Assembly: GCA_002867475.1 (NCBI GenBank)
Contig: PKTL01000049.1
Coordinates: 22,626 to 86,625, forward strand
Direction: 5' to 3'
Source: Candidatus Woesearchaeota archaeon
GTDB taxonomy: Archaea > Nanobdellota > Nanobdellia > Woesearchaeales > BM511
Length of the DNA: 64,000 bases
Part shown: positions 7,734-18,564 of the stretch, in pieces
How the letters are laid out: each line of letters begins with the position of its first letter
How positions within the stretch are numbered: the stretch's first letter is position 1
The notes under the pieces: generated by a model
What the model saw: only the letters and a program-made list of their open reading frames with translations
Told to the model about the DNA's origin: nothing
Database searches by the model: none
Made by a program: the position numbers and the translations under genes

Positions 7734-10532
7734 ATGAAAGATATAGTCATTCGTGGTGCAAGAGAACACAACTTGAAAAACATAGATTTAACTCTACCTA
7801 GAGATAAATTGATAGTGATAACAGGTTTATCTGGAAGTGGAAAATCAACACTTGCATTCGACACTCTTTACGCAGAAGGACAACGAAGATATGTTGAATC
7901 CTTAAGCGCATACGCAAGACAATTCTTAGGACTGATGAACAAGCCAGATGTGGATAGTATAGATGGGCTTAGCCCAGCAATAAGTATTGAACAGAAAACA
8001 ACAAGCAAGAATCCAAGAAGTACAGTAGGAACAGTAACAGAAATATATGATCACTTAAGGCTTTTATTCGCAAGAATTGGTACGCCATATTGTCCAACAC
8101 ATAATATTCCAATACAGAAAAAATCACCGCAAGCATTATCGGATGATATAGAAAAAGAATTCAAGAATAAAGATATAATTATTTTAGCGCCTTTAATCAG
8201 CCAGAAAAAAGGAACCTACGAAAAACTTGTTGAAGACCTAAAAAAAGAAGGATATACAAGAGTAAGAGTAAATAAGAATATTCAGTCAACAGACGAAAAA
8301 CTTAATCTTGATAGATATAAGAAACATGATATTGAAGCAGTGATAGACAGGCTAAACACTGAAGACAAACAACGTCTTACTGAAAGCCTTGAGATAGCAC
8401 TAAAGAAAGGACAAGGAAACATAATAATTTTAGAAGGAAAAGATGGAAAAAATGAAAAGCTTTATTCAGCAAACATGGCATGTCCAAAATGTGATGTCAC
8501 ATTTGAAGAACTTCAACCAAGAATGTTTAGTTTCAACAGCCCATTTGGCGCATGCGAAGAATGTTCAGGACTTGGTTTCAAGCTAGAAATGGATGAGGAA
8601 CTACTAATTCCAGATAAATCTTTAAGCATAGCTGACGGAGCAATCGCAGTATATCAATCACATATTGATGGATGGCGAAAACAACAAATAGCAAGTGTTG
8701 GAAAAGCATACGGATTTTCAATACTTGATCCAATCAATGAATTCACACCAAAACAGATGCAGATATTACTATACGGTTCAGATAAACCAATAAGATTCAA
8801 ATATAATTCTTGGCCAGGAAACACAGATTACTGGGAGGGGTTGATTCCACAGCTAGAAAGACTCTACGCACAAACAGATAGTGAGAGAAGAAAAGAACAG
8901 ATAGAAAAATTCATGAGGCAAAATCCTTGCAAGAAATGTGAAGGAAAAAGACTAAAAGACAAAATTTTAGCAGTAAGAATAGAAGAAAAAAATATTATTG
9001 ATGTAACAGATCTATCAATAAAAGAAGCATTAGAATTCTTTGAAAATATCAAATTGAATGAAACTCAGATGTTTATCGCAAAACAGGTACTAAAAGAGAT
9101 AAAGGATAGATTAAGGTTTCTAAACGATGTAGGTCTTCAATACCTAACACTCAGTAGGGCTGCTGGAACACTAAGTGGTGGCGAAGCTCAAAGGATAAGA
9201 TTAGCAACCCAGATAGGATCAAACCTTATGGGTGTATTATATATTCTTGATGAACCAAGTATAGGGCTCCACCAAAGAAATAATCATAAACTGATTGAAA
9301 CACTTCATCGATTAAGAGATATTGGAAACACGCTAATAGTTGTAGAGCATGATGAAGATACAATAAAAAATGCAGACTTTGTCGTTGATATAGGTCCAGG
9401 CGCAGGGATTCATGGTGGAAATATTATTGCTACTGGCACACCAAAAGAGGTAGAGAAAAATAAAGATAGCTTAACAGGAAAATACTTATCAGGAAAGTGC
9501 AGTATAGAAACACCAGATGATAGAAGGGATCCATTTTCATACATTGAAATAAAAGGTGCAAAACATAACAACCTAAAAAATATTGATGTGAAGATACCAA
9601 CAAAAGTATTATCAGCAATCACAGGTGTTTCAGGAAGCGGAAAATCAACACTTATCCATGAGATACTATATAAATCTTTGATGAAAAAAATATACAAGAG
9701 CAAGGAAAGACCTGGAAAGCATGATGAGATAATAATACCAAAAGAGATAGATAAGGTCATAATGATAGACCAATCTCCTATCGGTAAGACTCCAAGAAGC
9801 AACCCTGCAACATACATAAAAGTCTTTGATGAAATAAGATACTTATTCAGTGAGCTTAAAGAATCAAAACTTAGAGGTTATAAGCAAGGAAGATTTAGTT
9901 TTAATGTTCCTGGTGGAAGATGTGAGAATTGCTCAGGAGATGGTGTCATAAAGATTGAGATGAATTTCTTGCCGGATGTTTATGTGACTTGCGAAGAATG
10001 TAAAGGTACAAGATATAATAAGGACACTTTAGAAGTAACATATAAAGGAAAAACGATCAGCGATGTACTTAACATGAGCGTTGAAGAAGCACTCTCATTT
10101 TTTGAAAATATTCCAAGCATAAAAAGAAAGATAGAGACGTTAAACGATGTAGGTCTTGGTTATATCAAGCTAGGACAGTCATCAACAACTCTTAGTGGTG
10201 GCGAAGCTCAAAGGATAAAGTTGACAAAAGAACTTGCAAAAAGAGGAACAGGAAACACTCTTTACTTGCTTGACGAACCAACAACAGGACTTCATTTCCA
10301 TGACGTAAAAAAACTACTAGATGTCCTTGACAGATTGGTTGAGAAAGGAAACAGCATAATAGTTATAGAGCACAATCTTGATGTGATAAAAACAGCAGAT
10401 TACATAATTGACCTTGGCCCTGAAGGCGGCGACGAAGGTGGAATTATAATAGCAGAAGGCACCCCTGAAGTTATAGCAAAGAATAAGAAAAGCTTCACAG
10501 GACATTATTTGAAAGAGTTGTTAGAAAATTAA
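7734..10532 (+). CDS. uvrA: excinuclease ABC subunit A
   Basis: Two ABC modules ('GLSGSGKST', 'GVSGSGKST', 'LSGGEAQR' twice) and CxxC zinc modules. 'MKDIVIRGAREHNLKN' is the canonical N-terminus; the track ORF begins at TTG 7695. Confidence 0.95.
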   Translation: MKDIVIRGAREHNLKNIDLTLPRDKLIVITGLSGSGKSTLAFDTLYAEGQRRYVESLSAYARQFLGLMNKPDVDSIDGLSPAISIEQKTTSKNPRSTVGTVTEIYDHLRLLFARIGTPYCPTHNIPIQKKSPQALSDDIEKEFKNKDIIILAPLISQKKGTYEKLVEDLKKEGYTRVRVNKNIQSTDEKLNLDRYKKHDIEAVIDRLNTEDKQRLTESLEIALKKGQGNIIILEGKDGKNEKLYSANMACPKCDVTFEELQPRMFSFNSPFGACEECSGLGFKLEMDEELLIPDKSLSIADGAIAVYQSHIDGWRKQQIASVGKAYGFSILDPINEFTPKQMQILLYGSDKPIRFKYNSWPGNTDYWEGLIPQLERLYAQTDSERRKEQIEKFMRQNPCKKCEGKRLKDKILAVRIEEKNIIDVTDLSIKEALEFFENIKLNETQMFIAKQVLKEIKDRLRFLNDVGLQYLTLSRAAGTLSGGEAQRIRLATQIGSNLMGVLYILDEPSIGLHQRNNHKLIETLHRLRDIGNTLIVVEHDEDTIKNADFVVDIGPGAGIHGGNIIATGTPKEVEKNKDSLTGKYLSGKCSIETPDDRRDPFSYIEIKGAKHNNLKNIDVKIPTKVLSAITGVSGSGKSTLIHEILYKSLMKKIYKSKERPGKHDEIIIPKEIDKVIMIDQSPIGKTPRSNPATYIKVFDEIRYLFSELKESKLRGYKQGRFSFNVPGGRCENCSGDGVIKIEMNFLPDVYVTCEECKGTRYNKDTLEVTYKGKTISDVLNMSVEEALSFFENIPSIKRKIETLNDVGLGYIKLGQSSTTLSGGEAQRIKLTKELAKRGTGNTLYLLDEPTTGLHFHDVKKLLDVLDRLVEKGNSIIVIEHNLDVIKTADYIIDLGPEGGDEGGIIIAEGTPEVIAKNKKSFTGHYLKELLEN

Positions 10533-11531
10533 CTATTTTCTATTTGTAATGATACCAACCAATGGATTATTGAAATAATTTATTTTCTGTGTATATTCTA
10601 ATTGCTTAAGCTCCACATCATAACCTAGTTCGTTGAACTTTTCTTTATGTGCAAGTCCATAAAGTGAATGGAGAGAATATGCAAAAAACATATTACCTTT
10701 AGAATCTAAATCCTTTGAAGTTTTATAGTCTAGATATATTTTTTTTAGTTTCGCTATTTCATTTAATTCAAAATGTTTTCCAAGAAAATCATCAAAGAAT
10801 CTAGGTGTTTTATCTTTATCGCCAAGATCTGAAATAACTTTATTATGGAATATGATACTTTTAGGCTTATATTCTTCTGCAAGATAATGCATGGTTTCAC
10901 CAACTATTATTGGCGTCTTGAAACTTGAAATCACTTTTTCTTTTCCATTTATAAGATTATTAATTCCCAATAGATAATTAACTGGAGTAACAAATTTGTT
11001 TACAAAATGAATGTTTTTGTAATTATTTGCTATCATTATTTCAATGATGGAATTTGATATATCTTTCTCATCTATTTTAACAACGTTTTCTAATCTATTA
11101 GGATATTTATCAAATTTTTGTGAATTCATTATCTCATTTTCAATAGTTTCAATATTCATATTATCAACCATTACTATGCTTACTAATGGATTAGTTCTTG
11201 CAAAAGGTCTAGTTAATCTTCCTCCAAGTAATGATCCTATATCTATAAGTGCATAATTTATAGAATTAGGAATAATATTAGTTAATCTTGATTCAAAATC
11301 ATCAATATTTTGTGAATCTATTCCAATCTTTTCAAAATCTTTTTCATAGATATCATCGCCTGATTTTGGTGGTGTATAAAATAAAGGATCACTTCTTCTA
11401 AAACTTTGGGTTAAAGCAAGAGGGTGATGGATCTGTTCAGGAATATCGTTCGCTCTATAAATTGGAAGGTTATCATTATCTAGATTTCCATATTTTCTCA
11501 AGAAATAAATAAGTGCATCAAGATTTACCAT
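10533..11531 (-). CDS. hypothetical protein
   Basis: 332-aa ORF. 'YALIDIGSLLGG' loosely resembles a Rossmann/SAM-binding motif I, which is not enough for a call. Confidence 0.55.
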   Translation of the reverse strand: MVNLDALIYFLRKYGNLDNDNLPIYRANDIPEQIHHPLALTQSFRRSDPLFYTPPKSGDDIYEKDFEKIGIDSQNIDDFESRLTNIIPNSINYALIDIGSLLGGRLTRPFARTNPLVSIVMVDNMNIETIENEIMNSQKFDKYPNRLENVVKIDEKDISNSIIEIMIANNYKNIHFVNKFVTPVNYLLGINNLINGKEKVISSFKTPIIVGETMHYLAEEYKPKSIIFHNKVISDLGDKDKTPRFFDDFLGKHFELNEIAKLKKIYLDYKTSKDLDSKGNMFFAYSLHSLYGLAHKEKFNELGYDVELKQLEYTQKINYFNNPLVGIITNRK

Positions 11532-11609
11532 AATATAAGAATAATAAATATGAATATAAAAATGTTACTATTAATAAATAGTATCTTTACAAATTAAAAA
11601 AATATACAA

Positions 11610-13151
11610 TTATCTTCTTCTACGATTCTTTCCACCTTGGCCACGGCTTTCATTTCTTCGCCCATTACTTTGACCTTTTGGTTTATTGTTTGAATCCTTA
11701 TTTTTTCTAGAATCACCTTTTCGATTATTTCCAGTATTATTTTTAGAATCTCTATTTCTTCTATTACCAAATCTTCTACTTCTATCACGATTTCTTCTAT
11801 CTCTAGCATTTCCTTCTTGGATTGGTTCATCACTAACTTGACCGATCTCTTTATAAGAATCTTTTTTGAAACCAAAAGAATGATCAAGAAGAGAAGAAAC
11901 AACATTTAATGCATCGTCTTTTGCAAGAAGAGTTTTTGCTAAATCATCAAATTTACCTGTTTTATCATTGATTAATTTAGCTAATTTTTCTTCCAAATGA
12001 ATCTTTTTCATCTCAAGAACATCTGATATCTTTGGCAGTTCACGCTTTTCTAAAGTGCAATTATTAACTCTTTCAAGAAGCCTAAGCTTTCTTCTTTCAC
12101 TAGGAACAAGGAATGTTATTGCAACACCTTTTTTACCAGCTCTTCCAGTCCTACCAATCCTATGAACATATAATTCAGGGCTTTGTGGAAGACTATAATT
12201 AACAACATGAGTTAGATCATTAACATCTATACCTCTAGCAGCAACGTCAGTAGCTATTAAAATAGTAAGTTTTCTTTTTTTGAATTGATCTAAAATCTTT
12301 TCACGTTCACTTTGAGTGATTTCTCCATGTAAAGCGCCTGCGGGATAATTTGCATTAAGAAGCTTAGCACTTAATTCATTAACATCAACTCTTGTCTTAC
12401 AAAAAATTATTCCATGAAAATCTTTAGTAGCATCAACAATTCTTCGTAAAGCCTCAAAACGATCCCTACTATTGATATCATAATAGATTTGATCTATTAA
12501 ATCAACTGTGATCTCAGCTTTCTTAACTTTGATAGTTTCATAATCTTTCATGAAATTCTTAGCGATTTTCAATATTTCTTTAGGCATAGTAGCACTAAAA
12601 AGCATCATCTGCTTATCCTTTGGAGTTTTCTTTAAAATTAATTCTATATCTTCAACAAAACCCATGTTAAGCATTTCATCAGCTTCATCAAGAACGCAAT
12701 AATCAATATTAGTGATAATAAGCTTTTTTTGTTTGATTAGATCAATAACTCTTCCAGGAGTACCAACAACAATGTCAACACCTGCTTCAAGCTTTTCAAT
12801 TTGTCTCATTATGGGAGCGCCGCCATAAACAGTTATGGTTTTCAATTTTTTAGAAAAGCTTTCAAATTCCTTTGTTATCTGAACAGCTAACTCTCGGGTT
12901 GGTGTAAGGATAAGTGCTTTAACGCCTTTGCCGCCTTTAACTTTTTCAATTATTGGTAAAGCAAAACTTGCAGTCTTGCCAGTTCCTGTTTGGGATTGTC
13001 CAAGAATATCTTTTTCTTTTTTTAATAATAAAGGGATAGCTTTTTCTTGAATCTCGGTGGGTTCAATGTATCCTTTTTCACTCAATGCTTTAATAGTCTC
13101 TTCTGAAAGACCTAGTTTTCTAAATCCTGATAAATTATTTTCTAATTCCAT
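11610..13151 (-). CDS. DEAD-box ATP-dependent RNA helicase with Arg/Asn/Gly-rich tail
   Basis: Q-motif region, 'SQTGTGKTASF', 'DEAD', 'SAT' and 'HRIGRTGRAG'. The C-terminal roughly 70 aa is a low-complexity R/N/K/G tail. Confidence 0.92.
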   Translation of the reverse strand: MELENNLSGFRKLGLSEETIKALSEKGYIEPTEIQEKAIPLLLKKEKDILGQSQTGTGKTASFALPIIEKVKGGKGVKALILTPTRELAVQITKEFESFSKKLKTITVYGGAPIMRQIEKLEAGVDIVVGTPGRVIDLIKQKKLIITNIDYCVLDEADEMLNMGFVEDIELILKKTPKDKQMMLFSATMPKEILKIAKNFMKDYETIKVKKAEITVDLIDQIYYDINSRDRFEALRRIVDATKDFHGIIFCKTRVDVNELSAKLLNANYPAGALHGEITQSEREKILDQFKKRKLTILIATDVAARGIDVNDLTHVVNYSLPQSPELYVHRIGRTGRAGKKGVAITFLVPSERRKLRLLERVNNCTLEKRELPKISDVLEMKKIHLEEKLAKLINDKTGKFDDLAKTLLAKDDALNVVSSLLDHSFGFKKDSYKEIGQVSDEPIQEGNARDRRNRDRSRRFGNRRNRDSKNNTGNNRKGDSRKNKDSNNKPKGQSNGRRNESRGQGGKNRRRR

Positions 13152-13421
13152 TTTTTTCTCCGTTATTTCATCTGCTCTTTAACACCTATCTTTAGCAGTA
13201 AACGGGTAAAAATGGTATATAAGTCATCTTTGGCTTATGCACAAAATTCTTTTTTGAATTTTAGTGTTTAAAAGCGAGTAAATCTTGAATCTTTTTGATC
13301 CATAACAAACTGAGGAACTCGCCTCCCTTTATAAATTAGATGTATTTTATTAATAATTTAACTATCAAACAGTGGTTACAAAAACAAAACCTTTATAAAA
13401 CAACTGAGAATCCTTGCACAG

Positions 13422-14789
13422 ATGGAAAGAAATCTTACAGCAGTACAAACCTCAGCAGGTGAAGGTACAAGAATGTGGCCAATAAATCTATACAGTCCTA
13501 ATTCTATGATTCCAAAAGGGCTTGTTGAGATAATGGGAGTTTCTATTGCGGGAAGCCAGAAAAATAAATTTGAAAAAGATGGTATTACAGATCTTTATAT
13601 GATCTCTAATGGGTATCAAAATAGGCAACCTTTGATGTCAAGATTCAGGTCGGGAAGCTCAAGTTTCAGGATTCATCATAGTGATTCTAAATATGATCAG
13701 ACCAATAATGGAAGTGGAGAAGCGATATTGACAAATATTAAACATTTCAATTTGGATGGTGATAGCATTTGGCTTTCCAATGATAACTTATTCGAATACA
13801 ACCACAGGAACATAATAAAGAATCATAGGGATTCTGGCGCAACAGTATCTGTTATGGGTCTTCATATGAAAGCAAGCAATGTTGTAAAAAATTATGGTCT
13901 TCTAAAGGTTGATGCTACAAGAGGTATTGAAAGATTAGTTGAAAAACCTGGAACTCTCGATGAGTTGTTTGACGCTTTAGAGCTTACAGATTGCGATGAG
14001 GAATATTCTGTTTATGCCAACACTGGTGGTTACATATTAAATAATGATATATTAAGTGATGTATTGAAAGAACCTTGGGCAGAGAAAATGATGAAAAAAG
14101 AATCAGGTCTTTTTGACATGGCAGGAAATCTTATTCCTGAACTGATAAAAAGAGGTCATAAGGTCCAGATGGTACCTATTGAAGAATGGGGTGATCTTGG
14201 AACAACAGGATATTTTCTAGATACTTTTGTTGAAGCATTGAAAGGAACATTTTCAAGCTTATCATCATTTCTTACTGAAGAAAACGGTTATTTCACTTTA
14301 TCACATTCAAATAATGTGTGGGTCCATGAGACTTCATTAAGCAAGAAAATAGGTGGAAAAGACTTGACCCAAAGAATAGATGCAGGCGATGTATTTATAG
14401 GTCCTAATACTTTCATAGGTCCTGATGTTGGGATAGATGATGGGTGTCAGATAGCTTACTCTGACCTTGAAGGTTATTCTACAGTTGGAAAGGAAACAAC
14501 AGTGAACAAAAGTTATATTGGAATTGGAACACACATTGGAGATTTTGCTAAAATAAGGTCAAGCGCATTCACAGGTGGTAATCTAGTCTATTCATCTAAA
14601 AATAATGACACCCGGGTTCATAATAGATCGGTAGTTGGTTGTGATATTTTAATTCCTGAAGGAACAATCCTTGATAAGGTTAAAGTAATGCCAGGTTATG
14701 AGTTCAGTTCTGCAGGAGTATTTTCACATCAAACATTTTTCCCAACAAAAAAATATTTGATAGGTTTGGGATTAAAGCATAGGAAATAA
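13422..14789 (+). CDS. sugar-phosphate nucleotidyltransferase with C-terminal left-handed beta-helix
   Basis: 'SAGEGTRMWP' matches the GxGTRxxP pyrophosphorylase motif. The C-terminal part has hexapeptide-like repeats ('IGPNTFIGPDVGIDDGCQI'). Confidence 0.7.
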   Translation: MERNLTAVQTSAGEGTRMWPINLYSPNSMIPKGLVEIMGVSIAGSQKNKFEKDGITDLYMISNGYQNRQPLMSRFRSGSSSFRIHHSDSKYDQTNNGSGEAILTNIKHFNLDGDSIWLSNDNLFEYNHRNIIKNHRDSGATVSVMGLHMKASNVVKNYGLLKVDATRGIERLVEKPGTLDELFDALELTDCDEEYSVYANTGGYILNNDILSDVLKEPWAEKMMKKESGLFDMAGNLIPELIKRGHKVQMVPIEEWGDLGTTGYFLDTFVEALKGTFSSLSSFLTEENGYFTLSHSNNVWVHETSLSKKIGGKDLTQRIDAGDVFIGPNTFIGPDVGIDDGCQIAYSDLEGYSTVGKETTVNKSYIGIGTHIGDFAKIRSSAFTGGNLVYSSKNNDTRVHNRSVVGCDILIPEGTILDKVKVMPGYEFSSAGVFSHQTFFPTKKYLIGLGLKHRK

Positions 14790-14830
14790 ACACTAAATTT
14801 ATAACTTAATATTTTTCTTTTATTCTCATT

Positions 14831-16384
14831 ATGGCTATTGATTTCGATAAGATTCCAAACGATCCAGGGTGTTACATCTATAAAGATAAATCTAACAACA
14901 TTCTTTATATTGGTAAAGCTAAAAATTTGAAGAAAAGAGTAAGAAGTTATTTTACTGGCCGAAACGATACAAAAACTATACAATTAGTGAAAGAGATAGT
15001 TGATGTTGAATTCTTTGCAACCACTAATGAAGTAGAAGCACTAATACTTGAAAACAATCTCATAAAAAAACATAAGCCAAAATACAATATCAACCTAAAG
15101 GATAGCAAGCGTTACGCATATATACTTTTGACTGAAGAAAAGTATCCAAGATTAAGGATTGCTAGAGACAAATCACTAAAAGGAAAATATTTTGGGCCAT
15201 ATGTTTCAGCAGAGCACAGAGATTCAATAATAAAGATTTTAAGGGCAAGCTTTCAAATTAGAACATGCAATAAGCTTCCAAAAAGAGAATGCTTAAGGTA
15301 TCATATAAATCTTTGCAGTGCTCCATGTATCAATAACATTTCAGAAAAGGATTACAATCATCAGATAAGAAACGTTGAAACATTCCTAAAAGGAAAAACA
15401 GATGTTCTAGCAAAGAATTTAGAAAAAGAGATGGTTGAATACAGTAAGAAACAATTGTTTGAAAAAGCAAAGATTGCAAGAGACCAATTATTCGCCCTTC
15501 AAAGGCTTGACGAGAAACAGAAGTTTGAGCTTGATAAGAAATATGATGAGGATATAATCAATTACATAATAGATGATGAAATTGTTTACTTGATAGTGTT
15601 CAATGCAAAGAAAGGCATCCTCACAACAAAAAATGAATATTCATTTGAAAAACGAGATGGTTTCTTTGAAGAATTCATAAAAAGATATTATTCAAAGAAT
15701 CTTGTTCCAAAAGAGATAATAATTCCTCATAATCTAGAAGATGATTCAATAATTGAATATCTTGAAAATATAAGAGAATCAAAGGTTAAAATAACTGTTC
15801 CAAAAGCGGGAGATAAGTTGAAACTGTTAGAATTAGTTAAGCGAAATATTGAAATTAGTTACTTGAATGAGAACCAAACCATAAACGAGCTAAGAAAAGA
15901 ACTGAAACTAAACAGTAACCCAAACGTTATCGAATGCTTTGATATAAGTCATCTTGGCGGGACAGGGATAGTCGCAAGCATGGTACAGTTTCGAAATGCT
16001 AAACCAGACAAATCAAACTACAGGAAATTTAAGATAAGAACAGTTACACAAAATGATGACTTTGCAAGCATGGCAGAAGTCATAACAAGAAGATACAAAA
16101 GACTAAAAGACGAAGGAAAAGAAATGCCCGACTTAATAGTTATAGATGGTGGCAAAGGGCAATTATCAAGTGCTGTCCAAGTATTGAAAGACATCGAAGT
16201 AAAGATTCCAATAATATCGCTTGCAAAAAAGTTTGAAGAGATATATTTTCCAGGAAGCAAGTTTCCATTAAGATTAAAAAAAGATAGCAAAGCACTAAAA
16301 CTACTCCAACAAGTAAGGGATGAAGCTCACAGGTTCGCAATCAAATACCAAAGAGAACTAAGGCTAAAGATAATGAAAGAATAA
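14831..16384 (+). CDS. uvrC: excinuclease ABC subunit C (short form, no C-terminal HhH domain)
   Basis: GIY-YIG module 'GCYIYKDKSNNILYIGKAKNLKKRV', a UVR-like region and the endonuclease domain ending '...VRDEAHRFAIKYQRE'. The protein stops about 14 aa after that motif. Confidence 0.9.
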   Translation: MAIDFDKIPNDPGCYIYKDKSNNILYIGKAKNLKKRVRSYFTGRNDTKTIQLVKEIVDVEFFATTNEVEALILENNLIKKHKPKYNINLKDSKRYAYILLTEEKYPRLRIARDKSLKGKYFGPYVSAEHRDSIIKILRASFQIRTCNKLPKRECLRYHINLCSAPCINNISEKDYNHQIRNVETFLKGKTDVLAKNLEKEMVEYSKKQLFEKAKIARDQLFALQRLDEKQKFELDKKYDEDIINYIIDDEIVYLIVFNAKKGILTTKNEYSFEKRDGFFEEFIKRYYSKNLVPKEIIIPHNLEDDSIIEYLENIRESKVKITVPKAGDKLKLLELVKRNIEISYLNENQTINELRKELKLNSNPNVIECFDISHLGGTGIVASMVQFRNAKPDKSNYRKFKIRTVTQNDDFASMAEVITRRYKRLKDEGKEMPDLIVIDGGKGQLSSAVQVLKDIEVKIPIISLAKKFEEIYFPGSKFPLRLKKDSKALKLLQQVRDEAHRFAIKYQRELRLKIMKE

Positions 16385-16484
16385 TTTAAATATAAAATAA
16401 TTTTCTATTTTTTAATGGATACAGAAAACGAAGATATTTCATTGGTGGATATTGTAATTACTCCTATTGTAGATTTAATGGTTA

Positions 16485-17207
16485 TTGATGGTTATTGATA
16501 TAAAAAATGAGAGATGTCCTGAATTTGGAGGAATTCATAATTTTTCTCTTCAAGGGATTCCAACAGAAGGATTACAGGTAAGAATCCAAGAGTTGTTAAG
16601 GCCTTACCAAAATATTGAAGTCACAAGTAAAGATAGCTTATTTACTTATTTAGGTATTGAAAAATTACAGATTGCTTCACTTTTTAATAAGCGAAAAATT
16701 GCAGAGATTGCACACAACCATAAATTAAAATCTGATGAATTTAATAAAGAAAATGGTATGGAACCACAACCTTTGCAAGAATATATTAATATTGTTGAAG
16801 ATAATTTAGCACACATATTTTTCCATAGTTTAGTTCAACTTTCTTCTGGAAACTATCTGCCTTTTGAAGGTGATTCACTACCTTACAAAGTTGTATTTGA
16901 TAAAGATGAAAAAGGTTTTGCAATAGTTGATGGTGATATTACTTCTAACTGTGGTTTTGGTGTTGGAACTTCATTTTTTTATCAGATTTGTAATTCTTAT
17001 GATGCTACAGAAATTGGGCCTTTCCCAAGAAAAATACTTGAAGTAAAACCTTTATTTGATGTTGGAATTCAACCTTTACCGCCTTCAAAATTAATTCCAT
17101 CTGAACTAAAAAAATTAAATGAGCAAGGAACTGTAATTGTGTTTGAAGGACATCTAACATATATTGATATGAAAATGCAGGATAGAATTTTTCTATACGA
17201 AGATTAA
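16485..17207 (+). CDS. hypothetical protein (possibly N-terminally severed by a 10-bp duplication)
   Basis: 240-aa ORF. An upstream ATG at 16415 opens a 27-codon ORF that would be contiguous if one copy of ATGGTTATTG (16478..16497) were removed. Confidence 0.55.
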   Translation: MMVIDIKNERCPEFGGIHNFSLQGIPTEGLQVRIQELLRPYQNIEVTSKDSLFTYLGIEKLQIASLFNKRKIAEIAHNHKLKSDEFNKENGMEPQPLQEYINIVEDNLAHIFFHSLVQLSSGNYLPFEGDSLPYKVVFDKDEKGFAIVDGDITSNCGFGVGTSFFYQICNSYDATEIGPFPRKILEVKPLFDVGIQPLPPSKLIPSELKKLNEQGTVIVFEGHLTYIDMKMQDRIFLYED

Positions 17208-17236
17208 CCATTTACTATTTCAAAATTTAATTCTCT

Positions 17237-17249
17237 AGTAACTTTTATA
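17237..17249 (+). promoter_or_regulatory. promoter-like box AGTAACTTTTATA
   Basis: Ends 24 nt before the ATG at 17273, with no Shine-Dalgarno between (leaderless-like). The same 13-mer recurs in the palindromes at 50988..51000 and 51088..51100. Confidence 0.45.
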
Positions 17250-17272
17250 TATTCTTGAAATAATCAGTCTCC

Positions 17273-17746
17273 ATGGGGCGTAAAGATATAGGGTTAATAG
17301 CAATAGGCTTATTCTATTCATTAGTAAATTCTTCACCTGTTCTATCTCAAGATTTGCTTGTTAATGATTATGGTTTCAATCTTATATGTCAAGAAGGATA
17401 TGATTATGCAAATAAGCACCCCTTCAAAGCAGTATTTTCTGAAACTGAAGAGAAAAGCAGGATACGAGAAAAGTTCAAGAAAGAACTGAAAAGGATAGGT
17501 ATAACTCATGGAGGAAGCAGTAAGAATCCTTTTCTAGCAAGTTCAACAGTATATCTTAAGGAAGATCAAGATAATTATGCCATAACTATAAGTATAGCGG
17601 ATATATTGAGGTTTAAATGCCAGAACGCCGATAATTTCATATCAAAAGTTGAAAATATGGATTATGGGTGTGATAAGTTCTACAATATTAAAGTTTGTAA
17701 AGAGAAATCTCAAGACAATATATATGCATCAATTCTTAATAATTAA
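17273..17746 (+). CDS. hypothetical secreted protein
   Basis: 157-aa ORF with N-terminal signal-like 'IGLIAIGLFYSLVNSSPVLS'. Confidence 0.55.
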   Translation: MGRKDIGLIAIGLFYSLVNSSPVLSQDLLVNDYGFNLICQEGYDYANKHPFKAVFSETEEKSRIREKFKKELKRIGITHGGSSKNPFLASSTVYLKEDQDNYAITISIADILRFKCQNADNFISKVENMDYGCDKFYNIKVCKEKSQDNIYASILNN

Positions 17747-17784
17747 ACAACCCTTTTAAATAACCAGGTTTTTCAGGATATAAA

Positions 17785-18564
17785 ATGTCATCCAATAAGT
17801 TATTTGTTGAGAATGCTAAAGGGCAAAAAATATCTATTCTAATTGAAAAACCAGAAAAAGCAAAAGGTTTAGCAATAATAATGCATGGTCTTGGAGGATT
17901 CAAAGAACAACCACATATTGAATATGTAAGTAAATCGTTTCTTGATAATAATATTACTACTGTTAGGTTTGACGCAGTACACACTTTTGGAGAGAGTACT
18001 GGTGGAAAATATGAAGATGCAACTGTTACAAATTATTATGATGACTTAGAATTTGTTATCGATTGGGTGAAGACTCAAGATTTTTATGATGAACCTTTCT
18101 TTCTAGCAGGGCATAGCCTTGGAGGAATATGCACAGCACTATATGCAGAAAAACATCCAGAAAAAATAAAAGGATTAGCGCCATTATCAACAGTTGTTTC
18201 AGGAAAACTAAGCATGGAAGCAGAAGTTGAAAAGAAAAAGATTTGGAAAGAAACAGGATGGAGAATAAGTGAATCATCATCAAAACCTGGATTATTAAAA
18301 AAAATAAAATGGGATCATATGGAAGATAGGTTAAAATATGACTTGTTGCCTGATGCAAACAAATTAAACATACCAGTTTTGCTTATAGTAGGAGATAAAG
18401 ATACAACAACTCCTTTAAAGCATCAAAAAATATTATTCGAAAAATTACCTGGCGAAAAAGAAATGCATGTTGTTTCTGGTGCACCTCACACTTTCAAAGA
18501 AAAAGAACATTTAGAACAATTAAAAGATATATTTGACAGATGGATAAAGAAAAATTTCAATTAA
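17785..18564 (+). CDS. alpha/beta-fold hydrolase
   Basis: 'IIMHGLGG', nucleophile elbow 'GHSLGG', and 'GDKDTTTP...GAPH' acid/His regions. Confidence 0.75.
   Translation: MSSNKLFVENAKGQKISILIEKPEKAKGLAIIMHGLGGFKEQPHIEYVSKSFLDNNITTVRFDAVHTFGESTGGKYEDATVTNYYDDLEFVIDWVKTQDFYDEPFFLAGHSLGGICTALYAEKHPEKIKGLAPLSTVVSGKLSMEAEVEKKKIWKETGWRISESSSKPGLLKKIKWDHMEDRLKYDLLPDANKLNIPVLLIVGDKDTTTPLKHQKILFEKLPGEKEMHVVSGAPHTFKEKEHLEQLKDIFDRWIKKNFN

Noticed and set aside
11594-11905. 103-aa ORF with an 'EIE/IL' periodic sequence.
   Set aside because: It overlaps the 3' low-complexity (R/N/G-rich) tail of the DEAD-box helicase in another frame, so it is a repeat-composition artefact.
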